From Dehalococcoidia bacterium (lineage in GTDB: Bacteria > Chloroflexota > Dehalococcoidia > Plut-88900): DNA of 64,000 bases. This document shows positions 1-8,611 of the stretch, in pieces. A program made the position numbers and the translations under genes. The notes beneath the pieces are model-generated. The model was not told the origin of the DNA, did no database searches, and saw nothing but the letters and a program-made list of their open reading frames with translations. The DNA lies in NCBI GenBank assembly GCA_965207225.1, contig CBDBLV010000004.1, positions 128,001-192,000 on the forward strand, read 5' to 3'. Numbering within the stretch: position 1 is the first letter of the stretch; the number at the start of each line of letters is the position of its first letter.

Positions 1-1446
1 GCCAGCGCCGCAAAGATAGTAGTTTGCGATGGGAGTGCGGTAACTGTTCCAGCCGCGGAGGGGCCGGGAGGCGAAGAATTGCTGGGGAGTCATGTCCAAG
101 TGGAGAATATCGGCGTTGGTCATGCCGAGCTCCCCGATTATATCGAGCGGAGTTAGGACCTGCCTGTCGATAATGGCGCCCCTGATGTTGGGGGCGTAGA
201 CGGAGAGGGCGTCCACGATGAGATCGGCTGCCTGGTCCCGGGCGTCGTCCCAAGAACCGTCGGCGAGATGGAGGGCAGCGGTCTCGACCCATACGGACAT
301 ACTGTGCTTGCTCTCGGGGGCCATGGAAGGGTCGATAGCTGAAGGGATTTGCATAATCATGGAGGGATGGTGGGGAAGACGGCCGGCATCGGCGTCGGCG
401 CGGCCGGCTTTGACGTAGTCGAGGCCCGGGCACATCCTCACCCTACCCAGGTAGCTGAGCTGCCATTCATCGCCGAAATAGTGGCTAAGGTCTGGGGGTT
501 CGGAGAGGGAGGCGTGGAGCTTCATGGAGGCCCGCATGTTTTTCAGGGAGCGGATACTGGCCCGGAAGTCGCCGGGCAGGTGCGCATCGTCGACGATATT
601 CAGAAATGACTGCTTGGGGTCGAGGTTGGAGACGACGGTACCGGCGCGAACCTGGCGTCCGTCGGAGAGCTCAACGCCGATGGCTGAGCCGTTTTCGACG
701 AGGACGCGTCGGACCTCGGCGCTGGTCTCGAAGTGGGCCCCGTGGGAGCGGGCAGCGGCCTCGATGGCGCGGGGCAGGCTTCCCATGCCGCCCCGGACGA
801 TGCCCTGGCAGCGGGGGTCACCGAAGCGGGCGGTCTCCAGGCGGGCGAAAAAGAGGGGGGCGTCGTTGAAGGAGAAGGCGAACACGCCCTTGACCTGCTC
901 GGACTCGAAGTATTGGTCGAGCATGTCGTAGGCGGAGCCGAAGAGGATACTTTCGAGGATAGCCTCGTCGTCGGTACCCTGGACGGAGGCCATTAACTCG
1001 GCAAGGGTGGGTGGTTCGCTAAGCATGTAGGGGTAGATGATTCCGGCGGCACGTTCCCAGAAGGCGGCCCATTTGAGGTAGGCGTCGCCGTCGGGGCGGT
1101 AGATGCGGGCGATTTCTTCGGCGGTCTGTTCATCGGTGTTCCAGACGCGGACGGCCCGGCCGTCGGGGAAGGGATGGATGCGTTCGGGGTCGAGGTTGAG
1201 GATGTGGAGGCCATGCTTTTCGAGCTCAAGGTCCTGGACGACCTTACCTTCAAGGAGGAGGGAGGCATAGGAGTAGCGGGGGACCCGGAAGCCGGGGAAG
1301 ATTTCGTCGGTCTGGGTTGCGCCGCCGACGATTGCATTACGCTCGAGACCTAGGACTCGGAGGCCGGCTTTGGCGAGGTATGCGGCGGCGGTGAGGCCGT
1401 TGTGGCCTGCACCGATGATGATTACGTCGTAGTCGGTATCAGGCAA
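1..1446 (-). CDS. Phytoene desaturase-like NAD(P)/FAD-dependent oxidoreductase (partial; runs off window start)
   Basis: Manual translation from TTG at 1446 (GGAG upstream) gives MPDTDYDVIIIGAGHNGLTAAAYLAKAGLRVLGLER (GxGxxG FAD motif). The same frame near position 1 reads YRTPIANYYLCGAG, typical of the family C-terminus. Not in the ORF track because it is truncated. Confidence 0.85.
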   Translation of the reverse strand, partial: MPDTDYDVIIIGAGHNGLTAAAYLAKAGLRVLGLERNAIVGGATQTDEIFPGFRVPRYSYASLLLEGKVVQDLELEKHGLHILNLDPERIHPFPDGRAVRVWNTDEQTAEEIARIYRPDGDAYLKWAAFWERAAGIIYPYMLSEPPTLAELMASVQGTDDEAILESILFGSAYDMLDQYFESEQVKGVFAFSFNDAPLFFARLETARFGDPRCQGIVRGGMGSLPRAIEAAARSHGAHFETSAEVRRVLVENGSAIGVELSDGRQVRAGTVVSNLDPKQSFLNIVDDAHLPGDFRASIRSLKNMRASMKLHASLSEPPDLSHYFGDEWQLSYLGRVRMCPGLDYVKAGRADADAGRLPHHPSMIMQIPSAIDPSMAPESKHSMSVWVETAALHLADGSWDDARDQAADLIVDALSVYAPNIRGAIIDRQVLTPLDIIGELGMTNADILHLDMTPQQFFASRPLRGWNSYRTPIANYYLCGAG

Positions 1447-1591
1447 GGGTGCGCTCCCTGCGGAATTTCGGGGAATGGTAAGGGGCGGGGGTGGAGGGGG
1501 TCAATATGGGATGAGGCTCGGGGTGACGGGGCGGGGAGGGGGTGGGTATAATCGCCGTCATCCCAAGGTAGATAAAACGAGGAGACCACCT

Positions 1592-2623
1592 ATGAAATTC
1601 GGGGCTTTCTTTCTTAATCAATCGCCAGAGATGAGGCCGGCGGAGGAAGTCTACGCCCGCACCGTGGACATGGCGGCGTTCGCCGACCAGCTGGGGTTTG
1701 ACTCGGTGTGGCTGGCGGAGCACCACTTTTCCAGCTATGGCTACTGCCCGAACCCCCTGCTGATGGCCGTGAAGCTGGCGGAAAGAACCAGGAAAGCCCG
1801 GATCGGCATAGCGGTGATGGTGGTACCCTTCTACCACCCGCTGAGGCTGGCGGAGGAGATTGGGATGGCGGACCAGCTGACCGAGGGACGGATGGACTTG
1901 GGGGTGGGGCGGGGTTATCAGCCTTACGAATTCAACAGGTTCGGGGTGCCGATAAAGGAGAACTTCGAGCGGTTCAACGAATACATGGAGATCGTGACAC
2001 GGTGCCTGTCGGGGGAGGGGTTGGCATACAATGGGAAGTACTTCCGGTTCCCGACGACGTGGACGTTCCCCGGGGCCCTACAGAAGCCGCATCCTCCCTT
2101 CTGGCATGCCGGAAGCAGCCCAGCCAGCATGAGGCTGAGCGGCGAGCGCGGCTACCACACTATCTGCTCGGGTCCGATGGAGAATTTGAAGAGCAATAAC
2201 CGGACTTTCAAGGAGGCGCTGGAGGCCAACGGCTGGGGCGAGAGGGAGTTCACGATCCTGAGACACACCTATGTCTCCCACGACCCGGAAGAGGCGGCGG
2301 GCCAGTTCGAGAACGGGATGTACGTGAGGAGGACGGCGGGCCGGCTCCGGGCGGGGACGGAGAGGGTGGTTGGGGGTCGGGCGTTTTCCGACCCGCTACC
2401 CGATGAGGCGCCGATGGAGGAGCTTCTCGAGACCACGCTGATGCTGGGCACGCCCGAGGAGTGCATACGCAAGATCCGGGCCTTCAAGGAAGAGGCGGGT
2501 GTGACAACGCTGCTCTGCCAGTTCGACATCGGGGGGCTGGAGACGGAGAGGGCGATGGTGTCGATGGAGCTGTTTGCGAAAGAGGTGATGCCCGCGCTCC
2601 GGGCGGCAGGGGTGGGGGTTTAG
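1592..2623 (+). CDS. LLM-class (luciferase-like) flavin-dependent oxidoreductase
   Basis: MKFGAFFL..., WLAEHHF, HPLRLAEE, GRMDLGVGRG, PLQKPHPP-like motif; AGGAG RBS before ATG 1592. Confidence 0.9.
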   Translation: MKFGAFFLNQSPEMRPAEEVYARTVDMAAFADQLGFDSVWLAEHHFSSYGYCPNPLLMAVKLAERTRKARIGIAVMVVPFYHPLRLAEEIGMADQLTEGRMDLGVGRGYQPYEFNRFGVPIKENFERFNEYMEIVTRCLSGEGLAYNGKYFRFPTTWTFPGALQKPHPPFWHAGSSPASMRLSGERGYHTICSGPMENLKSNNRTFKEALEANGWGEREFTILRHTYVSHDPEEAAGQFENGMYVRRTAGRLRAGTERVVGGRAFSDPLPDEAPMEELLETTLMLGTPEECIRKIRAFKEEAGVTTLLCQFDIGGLETERAMVSMELFAKEVMPALRAAGVGV

Positions 2624-2676
2624 GGCGCTATTCGACATGACCATGGTGGGAAGAACACGGGGGCGCGCTAGCCCCA

Positions 2677-2781
2677 CCGCTCATACTTCGAGAGTCTCAG
2701 CACGAGCGGCCCCACAGCCCCACCGGGTTGGACTCATTGCCGGGGCAGGCTGAGATTTCCCCGGGACTGCAAGAGGAATGA
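2677..2781 (+). repeat. Intergenic REP-like palindrome cluster (family A plus degenerate family B)
   Basis: CCGCTCATACTTCGAGAGTCTCAGCACGAGCGG; related copies at 3827, 16885, 20227, 51773, 60301, 60662. Confidence 0.7.
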
Positions 2782-2787
2782 AAGGAA

Positions 2788-3708
2788 GTGGGTTTGAATA
2801 AGGAACGGGTTGTTTACATCAATGGGGAGATAGTGCCGGAGAGCGAAGCGAAAGTCTCGATCCAGGACAGGGGTTTCAAGATGGGCGACGCGGTGTTCGA
2901 CAACACGCGGACGTTCAACGGCAAGGTATTCAAGGTCAGGGAGCACCTCGACAGGCTGTACAGGTCTTGCCGGTACCTGAGGCTTGACCCCGGCATGACC
3001 AAAGAGCGGATGGCGGAGCTCACCCACCAGGTGGTGGAGGCGAACCTGCCGTTCTTGGAAGAGGGTGGCGACTACTGGGTTATCCAGAGGGTGACCAGAG
3101 GCGTCGATCCACCTTCACACAACCCGAACGAGACTGGCAGCAGCACGGTGATTATCCAGACTGACCCGATACCGTTCAGGCAGAGGGCAAACCTGTACCG
3201 GGACGGGATCCGGGTGATCACCCCTTCAGTTCGGCGGACGCCGCCTTCATCGATGAGTCCCCGGGCGAAGACACACAATTATGTAAATATGGTGCTGGCG
3301 GACCTGGAGGTGAAAGCGCAGGACCCGGAGGCCTGGGCCGTGTTGCTAAACGAAAGCGGCACCCTGGCCGAAGGGGCGGGGAGCAACATCTTCCTGGTGA
3401 AGAACGGGGCAATACACACGCCTATAGACCGGTTTACGTTGGAAGGCATCAGCCGACAGACGGTGCTGGACCTGGCCCGGGAGTTGGGCATCGAAACGGT
3501 GGAGACGGACCTGGACCTGTTCGACGCTTACAACGCCGATGAGGTATTCATTACGTCAACAAGTTTGTGCATCTGTCCGGTTTCGAGCGTGAACGGTGCA
3601 CCGATTGCGGACAGTCGGGTGCCGGGGCCGGTGACGTCGAGGCTGGAAAGGGCGTACAGCGGGTTTGTCGGTGTGGATATCTTCGATCAGTACTTATCGA
3701 AGTTGTAG
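2788..3708 (+). CDS. Aminotransferase class IV (branched-chain/D-amino acid/ADC lyase family)
   Basis: YINGEIVP, DRGFKMGDAVFD, catalytic K in AKTHNY, EGAGSNIF, LEGISR, ADEVFITST. Confidence 0.9.
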   Translation: MGLNKERVVYINGEIVPESEAKVSIQDRGFKMGDAVFDNTRTFNGKVFKVREHLDRLYRSCRYLRLDPGMTKERMAELTHQVVEANLPFLEEGGDYWVIQRVTRGVDPPSHNPNETGSSTVIIQTDPIPFRQRANLYRDGIRVITPSVRRTPPSSMSPRAKTHNYVNMVLADLEVKAQDPEAWAVLLNESGTLAEGAGSNIFLVKNGAIHTPIDRFTLEGISRQTVLDLARELGIETVETDLDLFDAYNADEVFITSTSLCICPVSSVNGAPIADSRVPGPVTSRLERAYSGFVGVDIFDQYLSKL

Positions 3709-3733
3709 GGGTGAGATGAAGGGGCCCAGCCCC

Positions 3734-3949
3734 AGATTCCTCGCGAGACTACGGAATGACAGGAAAGGGCGTAGATGGAGCTGGGTGGAAGTGATGGAAT
3801 GGTCGGGCGCGTACCTCCCACTCCCACGCTCATACTTCGAGTCACCTCAGCATGAGCGGCTTCCTCACGGGGATGGATTCGTGCCTCCCCAGTAAAGATA
3901 GTGTGACGATGAGCGACCGGGAAAGGCAAGCACGAGACCTGCCCCTACA
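3734..3949 (+). repeat. Cluster of three REP-like families between convergent genes
   Basis: AGATTCCTCGCGAGACTACGGAATGAC (3734-3760, family B); family A at 3827-3859; GTAG-type GGCAAGCACGAGACCTGCCCCTAC near 3926-3949. Confidence 0.7.
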
Positions 3950-3987
3950 GGGAATGGAGAAAAGGTGAAGGAGAGAAAGGGTGGGGG

Positions 3988-4719
3988 CTAGAGTTCCATT
4001 AGGGAGAAGCCGACGGCATAGTCACAGCCGGCGGATTCGCCGATGGCGGCGGCACCGAAGCTGAGGAACATCTCGGGGTCAAAGTCCTGGGAAAGGTTGT
4101 CGATGTAGACCTTGTGCTCCTGGAGGGACGCTATACCCTTGTCTATGGAGTCGGTGACGTCGACGTAGTGGGTGGTGATGGGCGGGGAGGTGGTGAAGAT
4201 GTACTTTAAGTCATGCCAAGGCTCGATACCCTCATCCATGAGCTCGGGGAAGATCCAACGGTTATCGGCGTCCCGGGCGGCATCGAGTACGGCGACGCCG
4301 ACGGCGCGGTGGTCGGCGAAGTTGAAGTTGCCGCCGGGGAAGAACATCTCGAAGTTGCCGCTAATGAGGACGTCGGGCTTGAATTTTCGGATGGCGCGGG
4401 AGATGTCCCGGCGGAGGGGAAGGCCGTATTCGATCACACCGTCCTTGTAGTCGAGGAACTCCACGGAGTCGACCCCCACGACGCGGGCGCTGTTTATCTC
4501 CTCCTGCATGCGGAGCCGGGCGGTTTCGTCGGGGTGCATGGAGTCGATGCCTGCCTCGCCCTTAGTGACCATGAGGTAGCCGACCTCCTTGCCCTGGGAA
4601 GTCCATCGGGCGATGGCGCTGGCTGCGCCGTACTCGAGGTCGTCGGGGTGGGCGGCGATGGCGAGGGCTCGGGACCAGTCTTCGGGGAGGGGGAGGAGCT
4701 TGGCAGGTTGCTCAGGCAT
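3988..4719 (-). CDS. PIG-L/LmbE family deacetylase
   Basis: AHPDDLE, TKGEAG, ADHRAVG motifs. Start set at MPEQP behind an AGGAG RBS (the ORF track over-extends it). Confidence 0.88.
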   Translation of the reverse strand: MPEQPAKLLPLPEDWSRALAIAAHPDDLEYGAASAIARWTSQGKEVGYLMVTKGEAGIDSMHPDETARLRMQEEINSARVVGVDSVEFLDYKDGVIEYGLPLRRDISRAIRKFKPDVLISGNFEMFFPGGNFNFADHRAVGVAVLDAARDADNRWIFPELMDEGIEPWHDLKYIFTTSPPITTHYVDVTDSIDKGIASLQEHKVYIDNLSQDFDPEMFLSFGAAAIGESAGCDYAVGFSLMEL

Positions 4720-4797
4720 AGTCTGGGGTCTCCTGTCTGGGGTGTGAGGGAGAGTATATACTAGGCGCCGGAAATCAGCTTTTAACGGCAGACACTC

Positions 4798-6078
4798 ATG
4801 GCATTTGACAAGGACTCGATGGCTCTCGGGCCGTACAAGGCGCTGGACCTGACGGAGGGCGGGTACAACTGGTGCGGGAAGGTGCTGGCCGACCTGGGGG
4901 CGGACGTTATAAAGGTCGAGCCTCCTAGCGGGAGTCCGACCCGCTACCATTGGCCTCTTCACCCGGGCCAAGAGGAGCCCGACAGAAGCTGGTTCTGGGA
5001 AGCCTACTGCTTTAACAAGCGCGGGATTACCCTAGACATTCGGAAGCCGGAAGGGGCTGAGCTGCTGAAGAAACTGGTCTCGGACGTGGATTTCCTGATG
5101 ATCTCGTCTGGGCAGAGGCACATGGAGTCGTTGGGGCTGGGATACGAGGAGCTGAGCAGGGACAATCCGAGGCTGGTGATGGCGTCGATGACGCCGTTCG
5201 GGGAGTCGGGGCCGTATTCGGGGTACAAGGCGACGGACCTTGTATCGTGGGCGATGGGTGGCATGGCATACATTAGCGGGGACTCGGACAGGCCACCGGT
5301 AAGGATCGGCTTTCCACAGGCCGAATTGCACGCCGGGGCGCAGGCCGTGGTGGGTTCGATGTGCGCTTTCTGGAAGGCGCGGAACTCGGGCGAGGGGCAG
5401 GTGGTGGAGGTGTCGACGCAGGTGGCAGTGTACTGGACGATGATGAATGCAGGCCAGTTTCCGCAGCTAGAGGGGTACAACGTAGAGCGGTTGGGGCAGT
5501 ACAACAAGAACGGAGACCTGGACGTTCTGGCCATCTTCCCATGCAAAGACGGATACGTGAGCTTCACGCTGGCAGGGGGCATGCACGGGTTCCGGATGGA
5601 GGGGTTGGTGAGGTGGATGCACGAGGAGGGCGCCGCCCCTGACCTGATGCTGAGCATGGACTGGGAGAAATGGGGAGGCTGGGACGAAGATGAGAGCACG
5701 GGCCCACCGGGAGAGAAAGAGCAGCAAGAGATCAATATGGTTGCGGGACATATCCGTGACTTCTTCATGACCAAGACCCGAGATGAGCTTTTCGACCGAT
5801 CCATCCAGGAAAGGGTGCTCCTAGCCCCCTGCAATGCGGCCAACGACGTACTGCAAGACGTTCAACTAGAAGCTCGTGGGTACTGGTTGAAGGCCGACAC
5901 GAGGGGCCAGGAAAATCCTCTCAGCTTTCCTGGGCGCTATATTTCGATGCCGGAGTGCCCGATATCGTTCAGGCATCGGGCGCCAGGCGTGGGGGAACAC
6001 AACCGGGAGGTGTTTATCGACGAATTGGGGCTGGAGGAGGCGGAGTTCAAGTCGTTGAGGGAGTCGGGGGTGATATAG
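4798..6078 (+). CDS. Class III (CaiB/BaiF) CoA-transferase, subunit 1
   Basis: LADLGADVIKVEPPSG, NKRGITLD, LGYEELSRDNPRLV, APGVGEHN. Confidence 0.88.
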   Translation: MAFDKDSMALGPYKALDLTEGGYNWCGKVLADLGADVIKVEPPSGSPTRYHWPLHPGQEEPDRSWFWEAYCFNKRGITLDIRKPEGAELLKKLVSDVDFLMISSGQRHMESLGLGYEELSRDNPRLVMASMTPFGESGPYSGYKATDLVSWAMGGMAYISGDSDRPPVRIGFPQAELHAGAQAVVGSMCAFWKARNSGEGQVVEVSTQVAVYWTMMNAGQFPQLEGYNVERLGQYNKNGDLDVLAIFPCKDGYVSFTLAGGMHGFRMEGLVRWMHEEGAAPDLMLSMDWEKWGGWDEDESTGPPGEKEQQEINMVAGHIRDFFMTKTRDELFDRSIQERVLLAPCNAANDVLQDVQLEARGYWLKADTRGQENPLSFPGRYISMPECPISFRHRAPGVGEHNREVFIDELGLEEAEFKSLRESGVI

Positions 6079-6079
6079 G

Positions 6080-7360
6080 GTGGTACCGGGCGAGGACACG
6101 GGTAAGGGGATGGCCCTGGAAGGGCTGAAGGTCCTGGACTTCACGTGGGTGGCGGTCGGGCCGATCACGATCAAATATCTGGCCGACAACGGGGCCACTG
6201 TCATCAGGGTGGAGTCGGTGACTCGACGCGACGACCTGCGAGGGGCGCCGCCACACAAGGACGGGGTCCCGGGAATCAACCGTAGCCAGTTTCCAGCGTC
6301 TTACAACACGAGCAAGTACGGGCTGGGCGTCAACATGTCCAAGCCAGAGGCCCGGGCCGTGATCCGAAGGCTGATCAAGACCTGGCAGCCCGACGTGGTG
6401 TCGGAGAGCTTCACGCCGCCAGTGAAGAAGAGGTGGGGGCTGGACTACGAGAGCCTGAGAGAACTGAAGGAAGACATCATCCTGTTCAGCGCGTGTCAGC
6501 AGGGCCAGACCGGGCCGAAGGCGGCGTTTGCGGGTTTCGGGATGCAGGCGGCGGCGCATGCGGGCTTCTACCACCTGACGGGCTGGCCCGACCGAGGCCC
6601 CTTGCCGCCTTACGGGGCATACAGCGACTTTATCAACCCCCCGAACGGAGCGGCGGCGATCCTGGCAGCACTGGAGTACAGGGACAGAACGGGCAGAGGA
6701 CAGCATATTGATTTGGCACAGTTTGAGTGTGCGATCCAGTATTTGTCGCCGCTGGTGCTGGACTACCAGATGACGGGTCAAGCGATGACTCGCAATGGAA
6801 ATGGGGACCCTGGCTACGCGCCACATGGGGTCTACCCCTGCGCGACCCCGGAAAATGAACCGGAGAAGCCGATACGCACGGGCGGGCACTGGTGTGCAAT
6901 TGCGGTAACCAGGGAGGAGGAGTGGGGGGCACTGTGTGAGTCGATGGGGATGCCGGAGTTGAAGAGGGACAGACGGTTTGAATCGATGGGGAAGAGGTTG
7001 GAGAACTCGGAAGAGTTGGACGGGATAATATCGGGGTGGACGTCTGGGTTTGAGTCCCGGGAGCTGATGGAGAAGCTACAAGAGGCGGGGGTCCCGGCGG
7101 GGGTGGTGCAGAGCCAGTCGGAGTTGTGGAACGACCCGCAGCTGGCGCATCTCGGGTTCTTTCAGATGCTGGAGCACACGGAATGCGGCCTCATGCCCTA
7201 CGACGGCCTACATTTCCAGCTATCGAAGACTCCGGCCCGGTTGAGGTGGGCGCAGGCACTTATCGGGGAGCACAACGAGTTCGTGCTGAAGGAGTTCGCG
7301 GGGCTGGACGATGATGAGATTGCGGAGCTTATTGCGGCGGAGGCGCTGGAGTTTTCTTAG
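6080..7360 (+). CDS. Class III (CaiB/BaiF) CoA-transferase, subunit 2
   Basis: LEGLKVLDFTWVAVGP, GATVIRVES, YSDF (catalytic Asp position), GRGQHIDLAQ. Confidence 0.88.
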   Translation: MVPGEDTGKGMALEGLKVLDFTWVAVGPITIKYLADNGATVIRVESVTRRDDLRGAPPHKDGVPGINRSQFPASYNTSKYGLGVNMSKPEARAVIRRLIKTWQPDVVSESFTPPVKKRWGLDYESLRELKEDIILFSACQQGQTGPKAAFAGFGMQAAAHAGFYHLTGWPDRGPLPPYGAYSDFINPPNGAAAILAALEYRDRTGRGQHIDLAQFECAIQYLSPLVLDYQMTGQAMTRNGNGDPGYAPHGVYPCATPENEPEKPIRTGGHWCAIAVTREEEWGALCESMGMPELKRDRRFESMGKRLENSEELDGIISGWTSGFESRELMEKLQEAGVPAGVVQSQSELWNDPQLAHLGFFQMLEHTECGLMPYDGLHFQLSKTPARLRWAQALIGEHNEFVLKEFAGLDDDEIAELIAAEALEFS

Positions 7361-7362
7361 GA

Positions 7363-7410
7363 AAATCTCATCCTCACCTTAGCCCATTTTCGTCAAGGGA
7401 GAGGGAGTAA
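7363..7410. repeat. CCCTCA/CCCTCTCCC-type palindromic repeat, possible terminator between convergent genes
   Basis: CTCATCCTCACCTTAGCCCATTTTCGTCAAGGGAGAGGGAG; a related degenerate copy lies at 23905-23949. Confidence 0.4.
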
Positions 7411-7446
7411 GATCCCGCTCCACTAACCCTCGGGCACTGATTGAAT

Positions 7447-8583
7447 CTACACGGTCACGAATAGGTTCGAGGTGTCGAAGCGGTCTGAGAGGAGTCGGGG
7501 GCCGTCTTTGGTGATGTGGACCATGTCCTGGAGGTGCCAATAGTCGACGTAGGGCTCTAATGCGAGCACCATGTTCTCGGCGATTTCGACATCCCAGCCC
7601 TTGATCAGGAAGGGCTCCTGCTGGTGCCACCAGGACCCGACGCTGTGCCCGACAAAGGACGCCGGGTTATGAGGAAATCCCTTAGCCAGCAGCATCTCCC
7701 TTCCATAGAAGTAGAGCTCGCTGACCTTAGTCCCTATGGTGCATTTCTCTATGAGTTTAAGGTAGATGTCCCGGTAGTCGGCGTAGGTGCGGGCCTGTTC
7801 GGAGGAGGGTTCTCCGACGACGGCCATGCGGGACTGGTGGCCCGGATAGCCATTGAGGTAGGAGACGTAGTCGGTGCGGATGATGTCACCGGCTTCTATG
7901 ATTAGGTCGCTTTCGCCCAGGTACATGGAGGCGTTACGGTGGGAGGTGAGGACGCCGTGGACGAAGTGACAGCCCCGTTCGATGTGGCTTCTTAGAAATC
8001 GGGCGTGTGCGTCACGTTCGCGGTCGCCGGGGCGGATGGTTGGGAAGACTTCGAGATGGGCATCGTCCTGGATGTCGGCGGATTCCTTGAGAAGAGCGAT
8101 CTCGGCGGGGGTCTTGATCCAGCGGACGGAATTCATCATGGAGGTGCAGTCGACGAACTGGGCGTCGGGGAGGAGGGACTGAATCTCGGCCCAGCGGGCG
8201 GCGTTGACGTAGGAGGCCTCCATGCCGATCTTCGCCTTGTCTATGCCCATGTCCTTGAGTACTGAGACGAGCTTTGTGCGGGGCGATTCGACGTAGTCCT
8301 GGACGACCTGCACGTTAGTAATCCATGAGTCCCGCTCAATTACGGGAACGCCGAGGGCGTTGCTTATGACGGCGGGTTCGCCATCCAGGGGCCAGATGCA
8401 GAAAACGTCACGGGGGGAGTCGGGGAGGTCCAGGTGCCGGGCGAGGGTGCCGGGGAAGGCTACACCTGAGAGATAGGAGAAATTCTTGCCGGACCGGGCC
8501 ACGACGGCGGCGAGACCCTCGGCGGCCATGTGCTCCTTGAGGCGTTCGATGTTGGCGAGGGGTTGTCGGGGTTGGTGCGGCAC
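7447..8583 (-). CDS. M24 family (Xaa-Pro peptidase/creatinase-like) protein
   Basis: Creatinase-type N-domain (NFSYLSG), VRWIKTPAEIALL, GHSVG, ALEP; GTG start after AAGGAG. Confidence 0.82.
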   Translation of the reverse strand: MPHQPRQPLANIERLKEHMAAEGLAAVVARSGKNFSYLSGVAFPGTLARHLDLPDSPRDVFCIWPLDGEPAVISNALGVPVIERDSWITNVQVVQDYVESPRTKLVSVLKDMGIDKAKIGMEASYVNAARWAEIQSLLPDAQFVDCTSMMNSVRWIKTPAEIALLKESADIQDDAHLEVFPTIRPGDRERDAHARFLRSHIERGCHFVHGVLTSHRNASMYLGESDLIIEAGDIIRTDYVSYLNGYPGHQSRMAVVGEPSSEQARTYADYRDIYLKLIEKCTIGTKVSELYFYGREMLLAKGFPHNPASFVGHSVGSWWHQQEPFLIKGWDVEIAENMVLALEPYVDYWHLQDMVHITKDGPRLLSDRFDTSNLFVTV

Positions 8584-8611
8584 TTTGCGCTCCTTATGTC
8601 GAGTATAAAGG

